64,000 nucleotides of DNA, taken from the IMG/VR virus record IMGVR_UViG_3300023053_000001, positions 1 through 64,000 of that record. One strand, written 5' to 3'. The notes beneath the pieces were generated by a model. It made no database searches. It was not told the DNA's origin and was given only the letters and a program-made list of their open reading frames with translations. Positions 10,318 through 19,294 of the stretch are shown here, one piece after another. Each line of letters begins with the position of its first letter. Position 1 is the first letter of the stretch. The translations under genes and the position numbers were made by a program. The stretch is from a virus. Its lineage: Duplodnaviria; Caudoviricetes.

Positions 10318-11595
10318 ATGAACCGTAACAACTTCCAAAAGGCTCTCCGGGGTGAAGTCTCCGTTGAGAGTCGATCCTTGGAGACGCTGGACGCCCTGGC
10401 GACCGTGGACATGTCCCACGATGTCGGTCTGGACCTGCAGTCTCTGGATCAGCAGATGCAGAAACTGGACGCGTTGATCCACCTGCAGTCTGTGGCAGCT
10501 CTCGTGCCGAAGCATTCGATGGAATCGCTGGCCTATGTTGAAGCGGCTTTGTCCGCTGTGGGTGAAGCTGCGGCACTGCCGTCGCTGGAGTCCTATAAGG
10601 ACACCACGCTGGCCACCGAAGGTCTGGGCGATCGCATTCGTCAACTGATTGCCAACATCCGCGCTTTCCTTGCACGCATCGTCGTCAAGATCAAGGCGTT
10701 CTTCGGCGCACTGGGTGAAGATGCCAGTCAGCTGCAGTTCCGACTGGAACTGGCCCGTGACCTGCACAAGGAACTCTCCGGCCGCTTCCCCAAGAAGTCG
10801 CAGGTGCAGCTGGGTCAGACGGCACTGATGCTGGCCATGCGTGAGGGTATCCCCAATGATGCCCGCCTGATCATGACCTATGGTCGCAACATCGAGACCC
10901 AGCTCAAGTCGCTGCGTACGAACTACATCCCCAGTGTCAAGACGGTCGGTTCGGGATTGGCTGACCTGTTGAAGCATCCGGCCATTGGTGCCGATCAGGG
11001 CGATGGCTGGCTGGACAAGATGACGCAGGTCTGTGCACCGATGTCCTTCGATCGTCTGAAGCAAGTGATCGGTCCGCTTTCGCGCATGGTCGACAGTCGC
11101 TTCACCGTCAACTCCGCTTACATGGGTCCGCCGATCCTGGGCGGTCGTGCGCTGGTGTTGCTGGACGGTCGCGTGGACCATTCTGGCAGCGATCCGATTT
11201 CCCGCGCCATGGCGGCACGTCACACCAAGTTCGTCTTCGTACGTCCGTACCAGGCCAAGCAGGTTGACACCAGCATGGCCGTCATGCCCACCATCCCACA
11301 CACCCTGATCGGTGGCGTGCTGGATTTGGCACAAGACCTGTTGACGGAAGTGGGCCACTCCCAGGGGGAAGGTCTGCGTTCCAGTCTGGTGGAAATGGAT
11401 CGTCAGCTTGATGCGTTGGCCAAGCAGGTTCCCGATGCAGTGGGTAACGTCAATGCGATCCAAGTGGGACTGGGCTTTGGTACCAGTTTCTCCCAGTGGT
11501 GCACTGCGCCGTATCTGGAGATGATCTCCCACACGCTCTCGGTCGTCAACGCCCTGATCATTGCTTCCAACAAGCACATGGCTGCTTACCGCTGA
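10318..11595 (+). CDS. internal head protein paralog 3
   Basis: GAGG RBS; SVES, SMES, PSLES and ATEG sites then GLGDRIRQLIANIRAFL helix. Confidence 0.78.
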   Translation: MNRNNFQKALRGEVSVESRSLETLDALATVDMSHDVGLDLQSLDQQMQKLDALIHLQSVAALVPKHSMESLAYVEAALSAVGEAAALPSLESYKDTTLATEGLGDRIRQLIANIRAFLARIVVKIKAFFGALGEDASQLQFRLELARDLHKELSGRFPKKSQVQLGQTALMLAMREGIPNDARLIMTYGRNIETQLKSLRTNYIPSVKTVGSGLADLLKHPAIGADQGDGWLDKMTQVCAPMSFDRLKQVIGPLSRMVDSRFTVNSAYMGPPILGGRALVLLDGRVDHSGSDPISRAMAARHTKFVFVRPYQAKQVDTSMAVMPTIPHTLIGGVLDLAQDLLTEVGHSQGEGLRSSLVEMDRQLDALAKQVPDAVGNVNAIQVGLGFGTSFSQWCTAPYLEMISHTLSVVNALIIASNKHMAAYR

Positions 11596-11662
11596 TTTTT
11601 GATCGGCACTCCATCATCTATGGTGATTTAGCACCATGGCTTTTTTCCAAGGAACTGACAAC

Positions 11663-13597
11663 ATGTCCCAGTACACTCGCAATCGCCTTCGACAGGCCAT
11701 GGAGTCGTTGCAGGAAGGCGGCCAGCCCGACCTGACTGTCGTCGACGTCCCGGTCACGCCGGAGATCCCGGCCGTGCAGGCACCGGCCTCCGAAGTGGTC
11801 AATCTGATCCAATCCACCGCGCAGGCTCAGGCCGATCGCGAATACGTGGAAGAAGCACGTTCCATCGTCGATGGCGTGCGTGACTTCACCGAAGCTGCTG
11901 AAGTGGTCAATGCCCGTGGCGGCATTACCCAGGAAGCCTATGGCTGGATGGCCATGGGTCTGAACCGTCTGGCCACCGCCATCGGTGCCAAGATCCCGCA
12001 GAACCTGAACATCGGTCTGGAGGCGTTCAATGACGGCGGCCGTGTCCAGCTCGACATGCAGGAACTCAACGGCCTGCTGGCCACCGTGAGCGAAGGCACG
12101 CAGCGTCTGGAGGCCCGTTCGGCTGAAGCGGTGTGTCGCATGCTCGACGCCCTCGCCGAGGCACTGCCGGCCGCACAGGAGCGTCTGTGCCATGTCGCAG
12201 AGATCGCCAAGTCTCGCGAGCACGAGCCGGAAGGCAACGTCGTGTTCGGTGACGGTCTGAACGTCGCCCTGAGCGTGGACGGTCAGGTTCCCGATGAACT
12301 GGTGAACTACCTGCAGCGCTATGCACTGCTGGGTCAGGCGATCATCACCAACTACTCCACCCAGGCCTTCGATGCGGCCATGGCCGTGGCCACGCTGCCG
12401 GACACGATGGACTTCGCCAGTCCCGAAGCGTTCTGGGCCTCGGTGGCTGTCAAGGTCGATGCCGTGGAAGATCCGCGCAACGCCCTGACCGAAGATCAGC
12501 TGGTGGCTTCGCTGCCCAACGGCGGTCGTCTGTTCGGTGACCGTAAGGACGCCGAGATCCCCGAAGGCGGCAACCCGGTGCTGAAGAAGCTGATCGAATT
12601 CAGCGAATCGCGCGCCGTGGAAGAGCAGGCCAACGATGCCAACGTGCAGCGCGTGGAAGAAGGTCAGCCCGGCTATGGTCGTAAGGCCCTGCCGCTGAAC
12701 GACATCCGCGTGATCTCCCGCTCGCTGTGCGAGCTGCTGGAGAAGGTCGACGTCAATGCACTGGCTCAGCGCAGCAAGGCTGTGCGCGGTGACGTGATCA
12801 GTGCGGTCTCCACCGCCAAGTCGCGCTTTGCCGAAACCAACCAGGACATGAAGATGTTCCTGTCCGACCAGTTCGGCGTGGTGGTCAAGTACATCGACAC
12901 CGCCTACCTGCTCAGCGATTGGCCGATCCTGAACTACCTGTCCAACCTGGTGTTCACCACCAACGCGTTCGTGCTCTACGCCGAGCGTTCGCTGGCGCTG
13001 CCGGAAGGTGGCGTGCCCGATGAACAGCCCGAAGCGCAGGCTCCGCCGGCTGCCGATCCGACTGCCGCACCTCCGGCACCGGAAGGTGATCCGAATGCGG
13101 CGGCTGCTCCGGCTGCTGACGCTACCGATCCCAATGCGGCCCCGCCGGCCGCAGGTACGGATGATGCTGGCGCCGCCGTTGGCGGTGATCCCACTGCTGC
13201 GGTGGACCCCAACGCGCCGCCGGCCGATGGTGAGCAGGGTACCCAGCCTGCCGATCCGGCCAACCCGGATGCTCCGGCCACCCAGGACGGGACGACCGAT
13301 CCGGCGCTGAAGAGCAACGATCCGGCGCAGGACCCGAACGTTGATCCGGACGTGGCTGCTGCGGCTCAGGGTGAGATCACCCCGGCTGCTGCCGACGCTG
13401 GCGTGGGTCAGCCCAAGGATGCCGCTGGCGCGGATGTTCCGGGCGCTGATGCAGCTGCCGCTGCTGCTGACGATACCGGCGCTCCGCCGGCTGATGGCAC
13501 CACTCCTCCGCCCGACGGGACCAACCCGCCGGCCACTCCGGGGGAAGAGGAAGAAGACGAAGACGATGATGAGGACGACCAGCAGGCCACGGCCTGA
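11663..13597 (+). CDS. internal head protein paralog 4 with long Pro/Ala/Asp-rich acidic tail
   Basis: AAGGA RBS before MSQYTRNR; AMESLQE and GLEAF sites; low-complexity tail ending EEEEDEDDDEDD. Confidence 0.72.
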   Translation: MSQYTRNRLRQAMESLQEGGQPDLTVVDVPVTPEIPAVQAPASEVVNLIQSTAQAQADREYVEEARSIVDGVRDFTEAAEVVNARGGITQEAYGWMAMGLNRLATAIGAKIPQNLNIGLEAFNDGGRVQLDMQELNGLLATVSEGTQRLEARSAEAVCRMLDALAEALPAAQERLCHVAEIAKSREHEPEGNVVFGDGLNVALSVDGQVPDELVNYLQRYALLGQAIITNYSTQAFDAAMAVATLPDTMDFASPEAFWASVAVKVDAVEDPRNALTEDQLVASLPNGGRLFGDRKDAEIPEGGNPVLKKLIEFSESRAVEEQANDANVQRVEEGQPGYGRKALPLNDIRVISRSLCELLEKVDVNALAQRSKAVRGDVISAVSTAKSRFAETNQDMKMFLSDQFGVVVKYIDTAYLLSDWPILNYLSNLVFTTNAFVLYAERSLALPEGGVPDEQPEAQAPPAADPTAAPPAPEGDPNAAAAPAADATDPNAAPPAAGTDDAGAAVGGDPTAAVDPNAPPADGEQGTQPADPANPDAPATQDGTTDPALKSNDPAQDPNVDPDVAAAAQGEITPAAADAGVGQPKDAAGADVPGADAAAAAADDTGAPPADGTTPPPDGTNPPATPGEEEEDEDDDEDDQQATA

Positions 13598-13648
13598 CGG
13601 TTGAGGGGCTTCGCAAGGAGCCCCTTTCCTCTCTACAAGGAGAACATC

Positions 13649-14959
13649 ATGAGCTTCGATAATCTTCCCTCTGCACAGGACGCCGTCCATTCGGCGGTCA
13701 CCTTCGGTTCCATCACCGACATGGCCCGTCAGAATGCAGCCGCTGCTGACATCGCTGACCACACCGAACTGCTGGATGAAGTGCATGAACGCATTGAGTT
13801 CAGCAACAATCAGGGCGGCATGTCCCAGGAAGCGTTGGCCTTTGCCATGCTTACGGTGCAGCACACCACCACCAGTCTGGGTATCAACAGCAACCTGCTG
13901 CGCTTCCCGGCACAGGAAAGCTTCGTCGACGGCCTGGCTGTCGTTGATACCCGTACGCTGGAACTGGCCACGGAAGGTCTGGGTGCGTCGGTGGGTGACA
14001 TCGCCCGTCGTCAGTACAGTTCCCTGCTGCGCTCCTGGCGTTTCTTGGGTACCCAGTTGACCTTCCAGCGTCGTTCGCTGAAGCAGCTTCTGGAGAGTGC
14101 CAAGACTGTCAAGGGCAAGCAGGACGTCACCCCGATTGAGGTGGACTTCGATCGACTGCATCAGGACGGTAAGGTTCCGGCCAGTCCGGTCACCTTCCTG
14201 ACCGGCTACTACCAGAGCTTCGGTCAACTGCAGAAGAAGTGGTTCTCTGTGGCCGGCCCGTGTTGGAATGAGAATTTCCAGCTGGTCGGTAAGCTCAAGC
14301 GCGATACCGGTAAGAACTTCGAGCAGTCCCTCGGCCAGATCGCCGATGGCTTTGCCGATTGCCGTAAACGTGCTGGGCTGAACCCGGACATGCAGGTACC
14401 GGGCGGCTACCGCTTCTTCATTGACCGCAAGCTGGGTTACACCGGCGACATCGCCGCGGCCAAGAAGCTCGACGCGCTGGCCAACAAGGGCTACCCGCGC
14501 CGCATGGGTGACATGCGTCGTATCGGTGAAGTCGGTAAGGTCAAGGTCAAACCGCTGACCAAGGAAGAAGTGCAGAAGCTGTGCAAGACCGCGTTGGACG
14601 CCATGTCCCCGATGTCTGAAGTGGACGCCTTCCTCGAGTCGCTGCAGTCGCAGGCCACCTCGATCTTCAGCGGCCCGTTGTGGCTGGTGCCGTTCCTCAA
14701 GCCGATCGTCATGGGCTTCACCGTGGGTCACGCCGGCGTCAAGACGCTGGTCCATGGCATGACGCGCGGTCGGGCCACCATGGGTTGGGGTAAGGACATT
14801 CGTAAGACGTATCGTTCTGAGCTGCGTGCTCTGCGCGATGCGCTGCGTACGTCCAACCACCTGATCTGGCACGTGCCGTTTGACACGATGTCGGTGACCA
14901 TGGGCATCAATCGCGGCATGATGACGTACTGCCGTGAGTCGCTGAAAACGTACAAGTAA
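13649..14959 (+). CDS. internal head protein paralog 5
   Basis: AAGGAG RBS; AQESF and LATEGL processing motifs. Confidence 0.72.
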   Translation: MSFDNLPSAQDAVHSAVTFGSITDMARQNAAAADIADHTELLDEVHERIEFSNNQGGMSQEALAFAMLTVQHTTTSLGINSNLLRFPAQESFVDGLAVVDTRTLELATEGLGASVGDIARRQYSSLLRSWRFLGTQLTFQRRSLKQLLESAKTVKGKQDVTPIEVDFDRLHQDGKVPASPVTFLTGYYQSFGQLQKKWFSVAGPCWNENFQLVGKLKRDTGKNFEQSLGQIADGFADCRKRAGLNPDMQVPGGYRFFIDRKLGYTGDIAAAKKLDALANKGYPRRMGDMRRIGEVGKVKVKPLTKEEVQKLCKTALDAMSPMSEVDAFLESLQSQATSIFSGPLWLVPFLKPIVMGFTVGHAGVKTLVHGMTRGRATMGWGKDIRKTYRSELRALRDALRTSNHLIWHVPFDTMSVTMGINRGMMTYCRESLKTYK

Positions 14960-15093
14960 GAAAGCACATAGCCCCTCCCGCGATTAGGCGGGAGGGGTTT
15001 ATGTTCATCTACCCTTAACGTAATACATGAAAATTTAACGACGCTGACAATGGTTTGAATAGAGCCATACCGTTTCAGGGGGACACCAAAATG

Positions 15094-15243
15094 ACCATGT
15101 GGTCGCTACGGAGGTTTTTCCAAACACGCTCGTTCACTGTGTGGCATCAAGATAGTCCAGGCATGAAGGTCCGCGTTCGGCGGAACTGGATTCAACGCCT
15201 GTTCTATCCACGGTCGTTTAGCGTCGTTGGAGAACGATACTAA
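15094..15243 (+). CDS. small basic hypothetical protein (~49 aa)
   Basis: GGGGGA RBS upstream of ATG; Arg/Trp-rich. Confidence 0.45.
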   Translation, partial: TMWSLRRFFQTRSFTVWHQDSPGMKVRVRRNWIQRLFYPRSFSVVGERY

Positions 15244-15351
15244 TTGGGGCATGCCGACGGGCATGTCACGGGGGAGAGTCAGAGATGACTCAGAACAAGA
15301 ACAGAGGGCTCGTCTAGGGGTAACAACAAAAGCATTACGGAGTAACAAGCC

Positions 15352-15756
15352 ATGCGCCAGATCTATCCGTCCACCATGAATCCGAGCCTCAACGCGCTGA
15401 ACATGACCGCAGTCGATCTGCCGGGCATGGGCGAAGCGCAGCGTCGCTACGTGATCGGCGGTTTCCAGACCGCCTTCAATCCCGCCAATCGCGGCCAGCA
15501 ATTCCCGGCCATGTTCACCGAGCTGCCCATCTTCTTCCACGATGGCCCGGTGTTCGCCGATGCTCCGCTCAACGGCGTCACGCCCGAGAGCCTGCTGGCT
15601 GTCGTCGCTGACCATCTCCAGAGCAAGCTGCGCACCCCCGCCGGCTGCATCGAGATGCACATGGCTGTGGAGAACATCATGCTGGCCATCAGCAATCTGT
15701 CGCGCCGTAGCGAGGTGCGTTACGCATCCGCCGACGCTTACCAGCAAGCCGTTTGA
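15352..15756 (+). CDS. divergent Tad1-like (Thoeris anti-defence sponge fold) protein
   Basis: GGAG RBS; GMGEAQRRYVI...IFFHDGP...NGVTPESLLAVVADHL...E...A...A...L.RR follows the Tad1 pattern GPGGAYHEYVI...FQxG...GVxxxDLLxIVxDRL...RENxxA...A..W..RR as recalled. Confidence 0.6.
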   Translation: MRQIYPSTMNPSLNALNMTAVDLPGMGEAQRRYVIGGFQTAFNPANRGQQFPAMFTELPIFFHDGPVFADAPLNGVTPESLLAVVADHLQSKLRTPAGCIEMHMAVENIMLAISNLSRRSEVRYASADAYQQAV

Positions 15757-15857
15757 CATATCCCCTATCCGGCTCCCGCAAGGGCCGGATAGGGGTGCTA
15801 TGTCGTATGTCGATTGAACCGAATTTGAGCCACATATCAACCCCGTGTAATTCCACC

Positions 15858-16007
15858 ATGGATCACGTCATGAAGAATGCAATTGAATGGGGCCCGGGCA
15901 GCAAAGTGCTGTTCGGTATCGAGATGACTGTCTGCGCAGCCGGTTCGTACTACATGACCTACGGTCTGGTTCGTGCCCTGATTTGGCTAGGGCAACAGAA
16001 GCAGTGA
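15858..16007 (+). CDS. small membrane protein
   Basis: Short ORF with one hydrophobic helix near the C-terminus. Confidence 0.45.
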   Translation: MDHVMKNAIEWGPGSKVLFGIEMTVCAAGSYYMTYGLVRALIWLGQQKQ

Positions 16008-16029
16008 AAAAGATCGATTGAAAGAAATC

Positions 16030-16047
16030 TCAGATCTATAACACTCC
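16030..16047 (+). promoter_or_regulatory. candidate early promoter motif TCAGATCTATAACACTCC (copy 1)
   Basis: Identical 18-mer at 42896-42913 and 13/18 match at 47710-47727; each is intergenic and directly upstream of a + strand accessory gene run. Confidence 0.7.
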
Positions 16048-16101
16048 CCTGTAATGCTACATGAATTTCCTATCCCGCTATCTTAACTGGACTAAATCGC
16101 C

Positions 16102-16992
16102 ATGACCGCTACCAAGAAGACCCACGTTTCCGTGATCGCCATCAACGATGCCATTGGCAAGCTGACCGGTCGCAATAAGCTGCGCGTGCTGGAGTTCCAG
16201 AACTACTGGAATAATGGTACCGGGTACTTCGACGGTCTGGTGAACACCAGCGCAGAAGTAGTCGGTGTCGAAGAAGGCGAGCTGACGGTGTCCATGGATA
16301 CCGCTGGTCGCTTCGTCTTCATCGGTGTGCTCGAAGGCAATATCTGCTGCGCCTTCCAGCGCTACCAGGTTGAGCCGGGCAAGCAGAACACCACCATCAT
16401 CCTGCAGCTGCAGAATGAGGATGACAACGTTGCCGGCAAGGCTCTGGGTGACACCCATGGCCCGATGTACTTCGAGCAGCTGCTGCAGTTCATCCGCCTG
16501 TTCAAGAACGGCAACCCGATTGCCGACTCCATCAATTCCCGTGCTGGCATCACTGTCAGCGAAACCGAAATTGCAAAGGCCTCCAGCGCGGCCGTTGCTC
16601 TGACCACCAGCGCTGAACCCACCCTCTCTGAAGCTAACCAGGAAAACCTCGCCATGTCGAACAACAACCAGAACACCGCCGCTGCCGCTACCGATGCCGT
16701 CGCCAACGCTGCTGCCAGCGCCACCCAGACCGTGAAGGAAGCTGCGGTCGATGCGACCGGCGCCGCTGCCGGCGCTGTGGCCGATGCCGCCGATGCGGTG
16801 TCCGCCACTGCCCAGCAGGTCGAAGCCAAGACCATGGGCGAGAAGGCCAAGATGTCGGTGGAGCGTGCTCGCGATGTGATCGCCAACGCCACCGGCAACA
16901 TCAAGCGTCGCGACGTCGCCTTCTTCGGCGGCGGCGTGGCTGCCGGCGTGCTGGGCGTGCTGGCCTTCCGCGCCCTGACCAGCCGCGAGTAA
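16102..16992 (+). CDS. tail-anchored membrane protein: globular N-domain, Ala-rich linker, C-terminal TM helix
   Basis: High GC3; ends RRDVAFFGGGVAAGVLGVLAFRALTSRE. Confidence 0.75.
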   Translation: MTATKKTHVSVIAINDAIGKLTGRNKLRVLEFQNYWNNGTGYFDGLVNTSAEVVGVEEGELTVSMDTAGRFVFIGVLEGNICCAFQRYQVEPGKQNTTIILQLQNEDDNVAGKALGDTHGPMYFEQLLQFIRLFKNGNPIADSINSRAGITVSETEIAKASSAAVALTTSAEPTLSEANQENLAMSNNNQNTAAAATDAVANAAASATQTVKEAAVDATGAAAGAVADAADAVSATAQQVEAKTMGEKAKMSVERARDVIANATGNIKRRDVAFFGGGVAAGVLGVLAFRALTSRE

Positions 16993-17057
16993 TCGCGACG
17001 GTTCTACCTGCGGCCCTACGGGGCCGCAGTTGCAACACCATCCCTCAACTACCCAAA

Positions 17058-17285
17058 GTGAATGACATGCCGAAGAACAACGAAACCCTGACCCCGGGCC
17101 AGCAGCTCGATGCCATGCTGAACGATCTGGCCAATGGCGCCGGAATGGAACTGGAACCGGTGAAGCGCAACTCCCCCACCATGGAAGTCGTCAAGACCGG
17201 TGCCTGCGTGATCGGCACGGTGGGCATCGCCCTGGGCGTGACCTACCTGATGGGTAAGGCCGCCGAAGCCATCCTGGCCGAGTAA
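17058..17285 (+). CDS. small protein with C-terminal TM helix
   Basis: GACVIGTVGIALGVTYLMG helix; high GC3. Confidence 0.7.
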   Translation: MNDMPKNNETLTPGQQLDAMLNDLANGAGMELEPVKRNSPTMEVVKTGACVIGTVGIALGVTYLMGKAAEAILAE

Positions 17286-17350
17286 TACCGCACCGTCTCA
17301 GCTACATCCGCAACACCACCCCATACCTCTATCGAACAAGGACTATCGCA

Positions 17351-17509
17351 ATGAACATGCAGAAGCTCAACACCGGCCTGGGCCTGAACCTGTCCCCGCG
17401 CAGCCAAGCCATCGTCAAGGGTGCTGTCCAAGGCGCCGCCATCGGCGTGGCGGTCAATGCTGTCATGTTGGCCGCTGTCGTGGCCGTGACGCTGGCGACC
17501 CGCAAGTAA
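17351..17509 (+). CDS. 52-aa protein with C-terminal Gly/Ala TM helix (not in ORF track)
   Basis: AAGGA RBS; MNMQKLNTG...GAAIGVAVNAVMLAAVVAVTLATRK; followed by terminator hairpin. Confidence 0.7.
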   Translation: MNMQKLNTGLGLNLSPRSQAIVKGAVQGAAIGVAVNAVMLAAVVAVTLATRK

Positions 17510-17623
17510 TTCAGCAGTCGCTGGACTCCCCATCGGGAGTCCAGCTGACGCGGATCTTTTTTTTTCTTCATCGCGCAAGGACGATCTTATGACGACTTTT
17601 GGACCTTGATGAGGAGTGCGACT

Positions 17624-19294
17624 GTGCCTCGTAATTTTCAAGCCACTCCCAACAGTAACGAGACGATTACGCGCCCCATCTCCTTGGAGGTGGCAACGCA
17701 GATCAAACGTTTGCTGGAACTGCCTGACAACACCGTGGTGACTTTCCCCGGCGGCATGGAGACTGTGGCACAAACCGGTTCTACCATTGATGCCAAGCAG
17801 GGTGGGGATCTTTCCACCTTCTCTCACGACAACCAGTTCCGCATGGATGTGGTTGAACGTTTCAACGATGACGATGTGTTGTCTACGACGGTTCACTACC
17901 AGGACGATGCGCAGCCGTATTTCCTGGACAAGGCCATCGGTGTTGAACTGCGGCCGGTTTACAGCCAGACGCAGATCGACTTCAACATCTCCATCCGTAC
18001 CAAAGACAAGGACATGGCCGCCCGGTTCCGGGATACGATCCTGGCCCGGTCTGCACAGCAGCGTACGGTGAACCTGCACGAACTGCATTACTCCTACGCC
18101 GTACCGCTCAAGCACTTGCAGTTGCTGGAGCAGATCCACACGATGCGCGAGGCCACTGCCGGTTACGGTGAGGACTTCTCCACGTGGGTAGCCAGTAACA
18201 TCACTGGCCGTGCAACCAACCTGACCAACCTGATCGGTACCGCGCAAACGCTGGTGATCCAAGAACATCAGATCGAATGCACTGGCTGGTTCGACTGGGA
18301 AGCTGCACCGGACAACGTAGAGAAGGACGGTGAAGCCGGCGCCTATTCGTGGACGCTGACCTATAAGCTGAACTACGCCAAGGTTATCGGTACCGCTGCA
18401 CGTTGGCCGATCATGGTCCACAACGCGATCATGCCCCATCCGTGGATCTCCACTCCGGTAGCCAACGGCACGATGATCGATCCTGATCGCCGTACCCGTC
18501 GCGGTGGTAAGATCACCGAAGCGTTCAAGCACTTCACCCACCTGTACACGGACTGGTGCGCCAAGCGCATCATTGACGGTGTGCAGATTCCGGTGTTCGA
18601 TGAATGGGAACCGCGCAATGTCTATCCGGACACCAGTTCGGTGGTGACTATTCTCATGTCGGCCGATCTCACCGCACCGCGTTCGGTGCTGGATCTGGGC
18701 GAAGGGGATCTGGGCGAATACCTGATCGATCCGGACGTGCTGGAGTTCATGCGAGGCGAGTATCGCTGGCTGAACAGTTACAATGAATCGATCATCCACA
18801 TCGGTCTGTATGAAGGTTCGGATCTGCTCGATGACGGTAGCTTGATGATCAACGATCAGCTCAACATCACCGCCCGTGAGCCACTGGACCCGCGCAAGGT
18901 GTACCACCTGCGTATCGCTCTGGTTAACGATCTGACGGCGTTGTCCAAGCCGGCGATGGAGCGCTTCCGCCGCGGCGGCAAGGGCGCTCAGAAGCTGCTG
19001 ATGACGCTACAGTGGAAGCTGTTGCAGATCGCCACCCTGCCGGATCTGTTGGCGGGTAAATACCTGTCCGTCGCTCTGATCCAAGACATTGCCAAGAAGA
19101 TCAACGCCAAGAAGGGCATCCATTACACGGGTGTCGAGTATCGCATGCTGACGGTGGGGTATTTCACCATCACAGCCCAGAGGAACGATCATGCCAATCG
19201 CACCAACCCCCCAAGCTCCCAAGCCCCAGAAGCCGACGGCACCGACGGTAGTCAGTACCCAGTACCGGGGTGCGACGGTGGATACCCGATTTGA
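17624..19294 (+). CDS. phiKZ-family virion structural protein (~556 aa)
   Basis: GAGGAG RBS before GTG; TATG upstream; structural cluster. Confidence 0.6.
   Translation: MPRNFQATPNSNETITRPISLEVATQIKRLLELPDNTVVTFPGGMETVAQTGSTIDAKQGGDLSTFSHDNQFRMDVVERFNDDDVLSTTVHYQDDAQPYFLDKAIGVELRPVYSQTQIDFNISIRTKDKDMAARFRDTILARSAQQRTVNLHELHYSYAVPLKHLQLLEQIHTMREATAGYGEDFSTWVASNITGRATNLTNLIGTAQTLVIQEHQIECTGWFDWEAAPDNVEKDGEAGAYSWTLTYKLNYAKVIGTAARWPIMVHNAIMPHPWISTPVANGTMIDPDRRTRRGGKITEAFKHFTHLYTDWCAKRIIDGVQIPVFDEWEPRNVYPDTSSVVTILMSADLTAPRSVLDLGEGDLGEYLIDPDVLEFMRGEYRWLNSYNESIIHIGLYEGSDLLDDGSLMINDQLNITAREPLDPRKVYHLRIALVNDLTALSKPAMERFRRGGKGAQKLLMTLQWKLLQIATLPDLLAGKYLSVALIQDIAKKINAKKGIHYTGVEYRMLTVGYFTITAQRNDHANRTNPPSSQAPEADGTDGSQYPVPGCDGGYPI

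Noticed and set aside
318-14872. Very long antisense ORFs (318-3428 +, 4568-6778 -, 7250-8710 -, 8742-10214 -, 11618-14872 -, and similar ones elsewhere)
   Set aside because: Mirror-frame artefacts of high-GC3 genes on the opposite strand; no RBS, unnatural composition
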